IMG/VR virus record: IMGVR_UViG_3300034069_000448
Span: 1-42,962 of that record
Length of the DNA stretch: 42,962 nt
Direction: 5' to 3' (one strand)
Source: a virus
Numbering within the stretch: position 1 is the stretch's first letter; the number at the start of each line of letters is the position of its first letter. The notes below the pieces were generated by a model. The model ran no database searches, was not told the origin of the DNA, and saw nothing but the letters and a program-made list of their open reading frames with translations. The translations under genes were made by a program, and so were the position numbers. Below, piece after piece: positions 14,093 through 21,179 of the stretch.

Positions 14093-14268
14093 CACTGATA
14101 CTCCTTGAGGGCAGCAGCCAGCAGCCGATCGTAATCGGTGTCCTGGCTAGCGGCGGTGAGAATGGCGACGATCTCGGTCCGGTCAGCGTCCATGTCAGCG
14201 GCAAGCGCGTGCATGGCGTCGACCTCGGCCGTGATCCGAGCGGCGGGGAGCGGAGTGTAGACGCTCAC
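14092..14268 (-). CDS. Small acidic protein, 58 aa
   Basis: GTGA overlap start. Hand-translated as VSVYTPLPAARITAEVDAMHALAADMDADRTEIVAIL... Confidence 0.45.
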   Translation of the reverse strand: MSVYTPLPAARITAEVDAMHALAADMDADRTEIVAILTAASQDTDYDRLLAAALKEYQ

Positions 14269-14483
14269 GACGCCCTCCCCGTCTCGACCCAGCGATACGC
14301 AACGGCGAGCGCGGCATCGCGGGTGGCGTAGAAATGCGTCGGCTGACCTTCGGCGCAGAACCGCAGCTCGAACGGCAAGCCCTGACGCGTGCGCAGGTGC
14401 CAGTCGAAGCGACTGTTATCGATCAGCTCGTAGGTGCGCTCAATCGCCGTCACGTCGGCGGGCGGGAAGAAGGGGGCGTTCAT
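14265..14483 (-). CDS. Hypothetical protein, 72 aa
   Basis: ATGA overlap start (MNAPFFPPADV...). Confidence 0.55.
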   Translation of the reverse strand: MNAPFFPPADVTAIERTYELIDNSRFDWHLRTRQGLPFELRFCAEGQPTHFYATRDAALAVAYRWVETGRAS

Positions 14484-14827
14484 GCCGCCTCTCCGCGCGC
14501 TTTGGCGAGGGCGGCGCAAGCCTGGTCGGCACACGCTTGCCAAAAGCCAGCCTGGTCTTGTTTTGCGTCGGCAAGCTGTTGCGCTTTGACGGCGATGCTC
14601 TTCAACGCCTCGTATAGATCAGGCGCAGCGGCGATCAGGCGGGCGTTGGCTTCCGCTTCCGTCGCGCCAGTGTCGCTCTCAAACACTTCGCCAAGGACGA
14701 CAGTCTCTGCGTCCGAGCTGGTAGCCGTGACTTCGCGCCAGTGTGCGCCGGCGACGTGAGTGTTCTCGGTCGTGCGGACAGACCAAGGCCCACCCGTCCA
14801 ACCCGCGGGGTTGTTGGCGGGGGTCAT
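14480..14827 (-). CDS. Ea22-like / GPW-motif protein, 115 aa
   Basis: GGPWSV near the N-terminus and AAPDLYEALKSI in the C-terminal half. ATGA overlap start. Confidence 0.65.
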   Translation of the reverse strand: MTPANNPAGWTGGPWSVRTTENTHVAGAHWREVTATSSDAETVVLGEVFESDTGATEAEANARLIAAAPDLYEALKSIAVKAQQLADAKQDQAGFWQACADQACAALAKARGEAA

Positions 14828-15081
14828 GCTGCGTCACCACGGGCGGCGAGCATTGCGTCGGCTTGGGCGTATGCGTATGCCGCCCGCAAAGGGTGCATCA
14901 AATCGGCAGTCTGAACGCCGATCGGCCAACCCTCTTCCGGACACGGCGCCCAAGTTCCGATTCCAGCAAGCATCTGACCTGCGAACCAGTCGCGTAAGGT
15001 CATGCCGTGAAAATCAGGCTGCTGCTGAAACGCTGGCGCCATGTGCTGCGGGAATGCTGACGGGTTTTTAGGCGCGGTCAT
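14824..15081 (-). CDS. Hypothetical protein, 85 aa
   Basis: Track ORF with an ATGA overlap. Contains GMTLRDWFAGQMLAG. Confidence 0.6.
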   Translation of the reverse strand: MTAPKNPSAFPQHMAPAFQQQPDFHGMTLRDWFAGQMLAGIGTWAPCPEEGWPIGVQTADLMHPLRAAYAYAQADAMLAARGDAA

Positions 15082-15275
15082 GCCGACACCGAAGCGTTGT
15101 GCAGGCCGGCGATGCGCTCGGCGACGGCGAGAGCTCTGCTGCGGGCGTCTTCAACTGCATCGAGCAGCTTCATGCCCTCTCGCTCGCGGGTTGCGCGCAC
15201 GATGACGGTCACGCCTTCATCGGTCTGGATTTCGACGTCGTTGACGCCGTACCAAGCGGGCTGCCAGCGGGTCAT
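15078..15275 (-). CDS. Hypothetical protein, 65 aa
   Basis: Track ORF with a TAATG overlap with the upstream gene. Confidence 0.55.
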   Translation of the reverse strand: MTRWQPAWYGVNDVEIQTDEGVTVIVRATREREGMKLLDAVEDARSRALAVAERIAGLHNASVSA

Positions 15276-15439
15276 TAGTAGACCCGCCCGCGCACGATGT
15301 CGTACGACGAAGCACCGACAATCCGCGCCATCATCGCGCGACAGCGCTCCTGCGGCGTCATGGCGACTGAAGCAACCGCGCGGGCATCAACCGCTGCACG
15401 TTCAATCTTGCCGCCGAAGGTTTTGGTGATCGTCGCCAT
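15275..15439 (-). CDS. First early-left gene, 54 aa
   Basis: Strong SD GAGGAGG 6 nt upstream of the ATG at 15439. Translates as MATITKTFGGKIERAAVDARAVASVAMTPQERCRAMMARIVGASSYDIVRGRVY. Confidence 0.55.
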   Translation of the reverse strand: MATITKTFGGKIERAAVDARAVASVAMTPQERCRAMMARIVGASSYDIVRGRVY

Positions 15440-15481
15440 GCTTGCCTCCTCATTCGAGCCGGGGCTCGGGGTGTGAGAGGA

Positions 15482-15523
15482 CAGTTACTACCGATATTCG
15501 GTTACGTCAACCGGTTTTCGGTA
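15482..15523 (-). promoter_or_regulatory. Candidate PL promoter with operators OL1 and OL2
   Basis: On the minus strand: -35 TTGACG (15505..15510), a 17-nt spacer, then -10 TAACTG (15482..15487). OL1 taccgatattcggtta (15489..15504) fills the spacer. OL2 caaccggttttcggta (15508..15523) overlaps the -35 element. A half-site taccgatt lies at 15553..15560. Confidence 0.5.
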
Positions 15524-15558
15524 GGAAAGGTACAAAAAGGCGATGGCAGCCTTACCGA

Positions 15559-16140
15559 TTAAACAGGAGAACCCTTCCATACGACGCGGCCGACGATCAC
15601 GAAGTCCGTCGCGCTAACGAGGAATTCCTTATGCTCTGGGTTAGTCGACACCGGCTCAAAACGCGCGGGCAGCTTCTGATAGCGTTTGACCGTCACGCCG
15701 AACTCGGCATTCTGAAGCATATAGCATTTGCCGGGGGAGAGGACCTGGTCGTCGGGGTCGATTGCGATCCAGCCGCCGTCCTCAATCAGTAGGTTCATGC
15801 TATCACCGGCAACCTCGACCGCAAAAGCGCGCTCGCCTGCTACGTGTGATGGAAGAACCATACGCCCAATCGGCAACTCGACAGCCTCTCTCCATGTACC
15901 AGCGGCCGTCAGTCCTATAATGGGGATCGCCCGCGTCGCACTGTGCTGGACAGGTACGATCCTTAATTCATGATAGATGCGCGCAGCTTCGTCAACTTTG
16001 ACATTCCTGTCACCTTTCAGGATTTTATCGAGCGCGCTAACGTGTGTTAACCCCACTGCGGCTGCGAATTCCTCGCGCTTCCGCTTCTGGGCCTTCATGG
16101 ACGATCGAACCAGATCGGGGTCAAAGATGAAATCCGACAT
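15559..16140 (-). CDS. CI-like repressor: N-terminal HTH plus C-terminal S24 (LexA-type) peptidase domain, 193 aa
   Basis: EFAAAVGLTHVSALDKILKG is the HTH. AFAVEVAGDSMN...KRY is the S24 Ser/Lys autocleavage signature. The gene is divergent from the cro-like gene. Start taken at the MSDFIF ATG. Confidence 0.88.
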   Translation of the reverse strand: MSDFIFDPDLVRSSMKAQKRKREEFAAAVGLTHVSALDKILKGDRNVKVDEAARIYHELRIVPVQHSATRAIPIIGLTAAGTWREAVELPIGRMVLPSHVAGERAFAVEVAGDSMNLLIEDGGWIAIDPDDQVLSPGKCYMLQNAEFGVTVKRYQKLPARFEPVSTNPEHKEFLVSATDFVIVGRVVWKGSPV

Positions 16141-16200
16141 GCGCCGCTTATGACTCGCGCCTTGAAAAGCGCACCCTAGCTTTTTCGGCAAGGGTGGGGC

Positions 16201-16236
16201 TTGCAAAACTAACCGATAATCGGTAGCTATGCTGGC
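16201..16236 (+). promoter_or_regulatory. Candidate PR promoter with operator OR
   Basis: TTGCAA (16201..16206), a 17-nt spacer, then TAGCTA (16224..16229). The operator taaccgataatcggta (16210..16225) matches the reverse complement of OL1 at 14/16 positions. The ATG at 16237 lies about 8 nt after the -10 element with no SD sequence. Confidence 0.5.
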
Positions 16237-16488
16237 ATGAGCGTAGTTCATACCATCATCGATGCGTTCGGCGGGGTCAATGCTACCGCGACCGCGACAG
16301 GCACCCCGCAGCAGACGGTTAGCGAGTGGCGCACTCGCAACCCGCCGGAGATTCCACCTTGGCGTCGTTCGTCGCTGATCGACGCGGCCCAACGCGAGAA
16401 GGTCAAGCTACCGGCCAATGCGCTCGCGTATCTTGCGTCGACTGAGCGGACCAGAAAGTCGCCGGTTGTTGAGGCGATGGCGTCGTGA
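16237..16488 (+). CDS. Cro-like / YdaS-type small DNA-binding protein, 83 aa
   Basis: Divergent from the repressor. GTPQQTVSEWRTR is an HTH-like segment. Confidence 0.7.
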   Translation: MSVVHTIIDAFGGVNATATATGTPQQTVSEWRTRNPPEIPPWRRSSLIDAAQREKVKLPANALAYLASTERTRKSPVVEAMAS

Positions 16489-16706
16489 CTGCCGAGCCGT
16501 GGCAGCGGTGTGAGGTACGCCCCACGCTGCGGGTGATCGACTCCACCGAGCGGGGGTCGCACGCAACTATTCTGCGCCTGTCGTGCGGCCACGATCGGTC
16601 CATTGGCGGTAACACCATCCGCGACTCTTGGGCGTCTGGCGCGGCCCACATGATGACCGGCATGACTTACCCGTGCTTCGACGGGCATTGCGGGAAGCGC
16701 GCCTAG
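16485..16706 (+). CDS. Hypothetical Cys/His-containing protein, 73 aa
   Basis: GTGA overlap start; track ORF. Confidence 0.55.
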   Translation: MTAEPWQRCEVRPTLRVIDSTERGSHATILRLSCGHDRSIGGNTIRDSWASGAAHMMTGMTYPCFDGHCGKRA

Positions 16707-16919
16707 ATGTCCGCCCTCGCCTTCATCGCCGCGAATTGGGCCTTGTGCGCCCTGGCGTTCCTGCTCGCCGGCCCGATCGTCGCAGCGCTGATCTGCGCCG
16801 CTCTTCCACCGCGCCTGAACCTGTCGCGCATCGTCGGCCCCACGTACGACCATCCCGGCAGGGACAGCGATCGACAGCGGGGCGGCACTCATACTCATAC
16901 CCATCGGAGTAACGTATGA
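16707..16919 (+). CDS. Small membrane protein, 70 aa
   Basis: Hydrophobic N-terminus ALAFIAANWALCALAFLLAGPIVAALICAAL. Confidence 0.55.
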   Translation: MSALAFIAANWALCALAFLLAGPIVAALICAALPPRLNLSRIVGPTYDHPGRDSDRQRGGTHTHTHRSNV

Positions 16920-17395
16920 TACTCGATACCGTCGTTGTGAAACCGCAACCGCTTTCGAAAGCCCGGTTACACGCGAAATTGATGCGCGGCGTATCCCGCG
17001 GCATTGACAAGGCTGGCGGCAAAGGCCGCTTCGCTGACGCGATCGACCTTTCCGTTCAGGCGCTCGACAAGCAGCTGTCCGGCTCAATGCCCGGCGTCGA
17101 GGTGCTTGACCGGATGATGGACGCCGAGCCGAGTGTGCTCGACGACTGGATGCGGGCCAAGGGCAAGCGGATCGTCGACGAGGACGCGGTGTGCGACAGC
17201 GACGACCTGAACGTCCTGCTCGCGCGTGTGTCGCTGATGCTGGCGGAAGCCGAGCATCCGGATAGCCCCGGCGGTCGCACGATCGTGCCGCAGGAATATC
17301 TCACGGGCGAGGAGGCGATCCGCAAGCTGCACGCCATGACCGGCCGATGGCTGGCGCGGTGTGCTGACATTCGGCGGCCGAGGGCGGTGGCATGA
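16916..17395 (+). CDS. Hypothetical early protein (possible CII/CP76-like regulator), 159 aa
   Basis: Track ORF with an ATGA overlap. The position matches a CII-type regulator, but I see no decisive motif. Confidence 0.6.
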   Translation: MILDTVVVKPQPLSKARLHAKLMRGVSRGIDKAGGKGRFADAIDLSVQALDKQLSGSMPGVEVLDRMMDAEPSVLDDWMRAKGKRIVDEDAVCDSDDLNVLLARVSLMLAEAEHPDSPGGRTIVPQEYLTGEEAIRKLHAMTGRWLARCADIRRPRAVA

Positions 17396-17739
17396 TGCGT
17401 TGGACACCCGAGGCCATCGGCAAGCTTGTCGATCTGTTGGATGCGGGCCGCACCTATGCCGAAGTTGCTAACGCTCTCGGGTGCAGCGTCAACTCAGTTT
17501 CAGGTCGCATATCCCGCATTCGCGAAAGCAATCGGGATAGCCTGCCGCCTCAATACCGATTTGCTGATCCGGCAAAGCGCAACCACCGGCGGTCACCCTC
17601 GCACAATTTCGTACAGACGATTGAGCGACTGCCGGCACGGGTCGACCGCGACCCGTGCTTCTCCTGCGGCACCCGCTTGGACGCGCCCGCTGACATGGGC
17701 TGCGCGCGCTGTCGGCATCTCCGGACCCTGGTCGCATGA
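17392..17739 (+). CDS. GcrA-like regulator (N-terminal GcrA-type HTH), 115 aa
   Basis: WTPEAIGKLVDLLDAGRTYAEVANALGCSVNSVSGRISRIRE parallels the GcrA N-terminus WTDERVELLKKLW.EGLSASQIA..LG.VSRNAVIGKVHRL. Confidence 0.6.
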   Translation: MMRWTPEAIGKLVDLLDAGRTYAEVANALGCSVNSVSGRISRIRESNRDSLPPQYRFADPAKRNHRRSPSHNFVQTIERLPARVDRDPCFSCGTRLDAPADMGCARCRHLRTLVA

Positions 17740-17894
17740 CGCTTGTTGACCGCATCACCGCACACCTCGCGGATCGCCGCCAGCGCACCGCACAGGCCCG
17801 CCTTGCCGCGATGGTGGAAGCCGCTCGCCAGGCGCCCGCGACGGTCCAGTATCGCCAGCGTCGGGCTGCTGCGCTGAAGGCGACGCGGGCGTGA
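17736..17894 (+). CDS. Small basic protein, 52 aa
   Basis: ATGA overlap start and TGATG overlap end; hand-translated. Confidence 0.4.
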   Translation: MTLVDRITAHLADRRQRTAQARLAAMVEAARQAPATVQYRQRRAAALKATRA

Positions 17895-18232
17895 TGATCG
17901 TGCTGCCCTGGCCCCCTGCGAGCCTGTCGGGCCATGCCAAGGGGCATTGGCGCGGCAAGGCGGCGATAACCGCCAAGCATCGCGAGTGGGCGCGTAACGC
18001 GGCCCTTGCGGCTAAAATGGATGGTAGCATCCATGATGACGGCGACATTCGCGTCATCGCTACTTTCTACCCGCCTTCCCGGCGCGGCGATCGGGTCAAT
18101 TTCCCGAACCGCATGAAGCCCTATTGGGATGGGATCGCCGACGCACTGAAGGTGAACGACAGCCGCTTCTTGCCTTCGTTCGTGTTCGGCGAACCGGTCA
18201 AGGGCGGGCAGGTTGTGGTGACGCTGCCATGA
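17894..18232 (+). CDS. rusA: RusA-family Holliday-junction resolvase, 112 aa
   Basis: ...GDRVNFPNRMKPYWDGIADALKVNDSRF... matches the RusA D..N..K...D pattern. The size is typical for the family. Confidence 0.7.
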   Translation: MIVLPWPPASLSGHAKGHWRGKAAITAKHREWARNAALAAKMDGSIHDDGDIRVIATFYPPSRRGDRVNFPNRMKPYWDGIADALKVNDSRFLPSFVFGEPVKGGQVVVTLP

Positions 18233-19104
18233 GCCGCTGGTTCCGCCTCTACGACGAGATGCTGGACGATCCCAAGGTCCAGAAGCTTCACCCGGCGCTG
18301 TTCAAGGTGCTGGTCAATATCTGGTGTGTCGCCAGCCGCAATGACGGTCGGCTGCCCTCACACGCAGACATCGCGTTCGCCCTCCGCATGTCGGAGGATG
18401 AAACGTTTCGTGCTGTTTCAAAGCTCGCGGACTTCGGTTTCATCGACACCGACGCCGCCACCGGTGAGCAGCGCCCCCACGCCTGGGATCAGCGACAGTT
18501 TCGCTCCGACGTGTCCACTGATCGTGTACGCGCGCACCGTAACAAGCTGAAAGGTAGGGGAAAAACTCCGCCGAATGGTGGCGGGGAAAAGGTGAGAGAT
18601 TCTCATCTTAACGACCAAAGAAACGACCATGAAACGTTTCATGGAACGGCCCCAGAGACAGATACAGAGACAGATAATTCCGTAGCTAAAGCTACGGGCA
18701 CGGTCGTGCCGCATCCGGCGGCAGACTTCTGCAAAGCCATCTTCGACAGTGGGGTGACCCTCCTAGCCGGCACCGGGATGGCAGAACGCCATGCCCGCTC
18801 CCTGCTTGGACGCCTTCGCCAGAAACTGAACGACGATCCTGCGATGCTGGTGATCCTTCGACAAGCCGAAACCGAACAACCCAGCGAGCCGGCCGCATGG
18901 CTGACCGCTGCTGTGGAGACACGCAATGGCAACCGATCCAACCGACGCCTGGATGGACAATCCGATCTTCGCGGGGCGCGGCCCGACCCCTCCGTTGATC
19001 TCTACCGTGCCGCCTGTGCAGCCGAGCAAGAAGCCGGTTCCACCAGCGATTGGTCGGATCATAGCGGAGCTTGGCTTTCGCTACCGTCCAGCGGCGCAGG
19101 CTGA
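18229..19104 (+). CDS. Replication organiser/initiator-like protein (winged-helix N-terminal domain, low-complexity linker), 291 aa
   Basis: MSRWFRLYDEMLDDPKVQKL... is typical of phage replisome-organiser/DnaD-like N-termini. ATGA overlap start. The last 179 nt overlap the next ORF. Confidence 0.6.
   Translation: MSRWFRLYDEMLDDPKVQKLHPALFKVLVNIWCVASRNDGRLPSHADIAFALRMSEDETFRAVSKLADFGFIDTDAATGEQRPHAWDQRQFRSDVSTDRVRAHRNKLKGRGKTPPNGGGEKVRDSHLNDQRNDHETFHGTAPETDTETDNSVAKATGTVVPHPAADFCKAIFDSGVTLLAGTGMAERHARSLLGRLRQKLNDDPAMLVILRQAETEQPSEPAAWLTAAVETRNGNRSNRRLDGQSDLRGARPDPSVDLYRAACAAEQEAGSTSDWSDHSGAWLSLPSSGAG
18400..18697. repeat. ori-like cluster inside the replication gene
   Basis: Read directly from the sequence:
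- GAAACG iterons/palindromes: gaaacgtttc at 18400..18409 and ccatgaaacgtttcatgg at 18627..18644.
- Tandem repeat cagagacagata x2 at 18653..18676.
- Inverted repeat ccgtagct-aa-agctacgg at 18680..18697.
- The segment is visibly A/T-richer than its surroundings. Confidence 0.5.
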
Positions 19105-19414
19105 TCTAGAGGCGCACGCGCACCGGCTCCGGCTGCTGTCAGAGGACGTGGCGGACGTTCCAGCGAACCTACTGGAGATCGCCGCCAAGCGGTGGGCGCT
19201 CGCAAACAAGTTCATGCCGACCGCGAGTGAGCTGATCGACCTCGCTAAGGGTCAGGTGAGCGATGCTGCGCGCGGCAGCGACTTCGGCTTGCGTCAGCTT
19301 CAGGCGCACTGTGACCGGCTGAACGCCATGAACGACGGGCGCGATGGCTGGCACGTCGTTGGCCAAGCGCCCAACCGCACGATTGCGAAGGCCGATGAGC
19401 AGTCGGCGGCATGA
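18926..19414 (+). CDS. Hypothetical replication-module protein, 162 aa
   Basis: Track ORF. By eye, third-position GC in the overlap region favours this frame over the upstream ORF tail. Confidence 0.6.
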   Translation: MATDPTDAWMDNPIFAGRGPTPPLISTVPPVQPSKKPVPPAIGRIIAELGFRYRPAAQADLEAHAHRLRLLSEDVADVPANLLEIAAKRWALANKFMPTASELIDLAKGQVSDAARGSDFGLRQLQAHCDRLNAMNDGRDGWHVVGQAPNRTIAKADEQSAA

Positions 19415-19571
19415 GAACCCCGGTAGCCCGCCGCGCAATTGGCCCGCTGACACCCGTCTCGGCATCGAATGGGCCAACGGCGCCGAGGCACGTCACACGT
19501 ACCTCGCGTCGCAGCTGCGGTGGACGCTTACGGGTCACGACTTCGACATCGGCCGGTTCTGGAAAGCCTGA
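19395..19571 (+). CDS. Small hypothetical protein, 58 aa
   Basis: Internal ATG of track ORF 19344..19571. Contains IEWANGAEARHTYLASQLRWTLTGHDFDIGRFWKA. Confidence 0.5.
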   Translation: MSSRRHENPGSPPRNWPADTRLGIEWANGAEARHTYLASQLRWTLTGHDFDIGRFWKA

Positions 19572-19610
19572 CCTGGTGACCGGGTATCTCAAGCTGAGGG
19601 CGGGGGTGTG

Positions 19611-19760
19611 ATGGTAGGTCGCCGCTCCCCCTGGCGCGACTGCCGCGATGGAACCTGGGTGCCGGTGGACAAGCCTCGCTGGCCCCCTCCCCGACGATCG
19701 GCGGAGCGGTTGCGGGCGGACAGCACACGAATGACGGCAAGCTATCGGGAGACGTGGTGA
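19611..19760 (+). CDS. Small Arg/Pro-rich protein, 49 aa
   Basis: ATG after a G-rich stretch. TGATG overlap with the next gene. Confidence 0.35.
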   Translation: MVGRRSPWRDCRDGTWVPVDKPRWPPPRRSAERLRADSTRMTASYRETW

Positions 19761-20071
19761 TGGGACAGTTTCGAAAGAAGCCGGTTGTGATAGAGGCGGT
19801 TCAATATCTCGGGCTGGATGCTATAGGCGTTCAGGTGTTCGCGGAGATGCCGGGTTGGCTCCAAGCCGCAACCCGCAAGATGTCGCACCTTAAGGGCAGC
19901 GTAAGCGCGGCTGAGAACGGTCATCCTTGGATCGCAACCCTTGAAGGTGGGCATGTCGCGTCGCCGGCTGACTGGATCATTCGGGGCGTTCAGGGCGAGC
20001 TTTACCCCTGCAAGCCAGACATTTTCCAAGCAACGTACGAGCCCGCTCTCACGCGGGAGGACGCAGCATGA
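19760..20071 (+). CDS. PGDYG-domain-like protein, 103 aa
   Basis: TLEGGHVASPADWIIRGVQGELYPCKPDIFQATYE is paralogous to the N-terminal domain of 8763..9485. Confidence 0.7.
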   Translation: MGQFRKKPVVIEAVQYLGLDAIGVQVFAEMPGWLQAATRKMSHLKGSVSAAENGHPWIATLEGGHVASPADWIIRGVQGELYPCKPDIFQATYEPALTREDAA

Positions 20072-20553
20072 CGACGGTGGATGGGCCATGCCGGAACTGC
20101 GCCGGCACCGGTTGGGTGTGCGAGAATCATCGTGATTATCCGTGGGTCGGCATGACGAACGGTGCGGAGTGCTGCGGCGGTGCTGGTGTGCCGTGTGGCG
20201 CGTGTAACGAAGCCATGGCATGTGCGGGGCATGTAGACACGGCGCTTCGGAAGGCTGCTGCCGCTGAACTACCGCAAAATATGCGGTCGTTGCCCCCCGA
20301 GCTACGGCAGCGGATGGTGGCGTTCATCCAGGGTATCGCGTCCAATCAGGATTGGCGGAAGCTAGTCGAGGCGCCCATCGAAGCCCGCGCCATCGTCGCT
20401 GATCCCGGCTTTCCGGCGGAGGTGGATGGGGATGAGCGTGAAGTGGACGCGCTGGTAGACGCAAGCCGTTGGTCAGAATTCGGAGCGGCGGAGGCCAGGA
20501 AAGTGGCCTTAGCCGCCCTTCGCCGTGGCAAGCAGATGGCGGGGGAAGCGTGA
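20068..20553 (+). CDS. Cys-rich N-terminal domain protein, 161 aa
   Basis: CRNCAGTGWVCENH...CCGGAGVPCGACNEAMAC; ATGA overlap start. Confidence 0.65.
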   Translation: MTTVDGPCRNCAGTGWVCENHRDYPWVGMTNGAECCGGAGVPCGACNEAMACAGHVDTALRKAAAAELPQNMRSLPPELRQRMVAFIQGIASNQDWRKLVEAPIEARAIVADPGFPAEVDGDEREVDALVDASRWSEFGAAEARKVALAALRRGKQMAGEA

Positions 20554-20684
20554 TGCAGATCACCGCGCCATCCTACAGCTACGACCCTCGTCTCACTGGC
20601 GTTCTCTACGCCAATCCCGGTCGCAGCCTCATCGCCACGCTCGACGCCATCAAGCAAGCAGCCAACCGGGGGGCCAGAGCATGA
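20553..20684 (+). CDS. Small hypothetical protein, 43 aa
   Basis: TGATG and ATGA overlaps. Confidence 0.4.
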   Translation: MQITAPSYSYDPRLTGVLYANPGRSLIATLDAIKQAANRGARA

Positions 20685-20950
20685 ACGATCAGTACGAGCA
20701 GCACTGGCATAATGGGGCGAAATCGCCCGCTAAGGCACCGCCAGGGCACGAAAGGCTCGCCGCCCATGCTCGGGCTACCGTCGAGGCGGAGGGGGCTGAG
20801 ACGTGGCCGGAGGGGTTGGTGTGCCATCTCGCGCAGCATTTGGCTGACCGGGCCGCCGACCACTATTGCGATGAAAAGCATTGGGACGACTACCGCGAGG
20901 ACGCGACCGCCGCCCTCGACGCTGTTCGGGCTTGGAAGGGGCGGGAGTAG
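20681..20950 (+). CDS. Hypothetical protein, 89 aa
   Basis: ATGA overlap start (MNDQYEQHWHNG...). Confidence 0.55.
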   Translation: MNDQYEQHWHNGAKSPAKAPPGHERLAAHARATVEAEGAETWPEGLVCHLAQHLADRAADHYCDEKHWDDYREDATAALDAVRAWKGRE

Positions 20951-21166
20951 ATGGGTGCGATGGGTCGCCCTCTATGCCCCCCACCTGACGGTTGGGAAGA
21001 GGTCTACGTCGAGCACGGGTGGGAGGCTCGCGATCGGCTGGGTATGGATACGCCACGGTTCAAGCGAACACTCGACCAAGCCGGTGAAGAACTGAAACGC
21101 AAGCGACGCAATTACGTGATGGGCAGGCGACTTTCCTCCCTAAAACTGGAGCCGAGGCGGGTGTAG
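20951..21166 (+). CDS. Hypothetical protein, 71 aa
   Basis: Track ORF. The ATG immediately follows the upstream TAG. Confidence 0.5.
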   Translation: MGAMGRPLCPPPDGWEEVYVEHGWEARDRLGMDTPRFKRTLDQAGEELKRKRRNYVMGRRLSSLKLEPRRV

Positions 21167-21179
21167 TTGGTGCGCTGTT

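Noticed and set aside
18653-18676. Possible mini CRISPR-like or satellite repeat (cagagacagata x2)
   Set aside because: Only two directly abutting copies with no spacers, inside a coding linker. It is interpreted as part of the ori-like cluster, not a CRISPR array.
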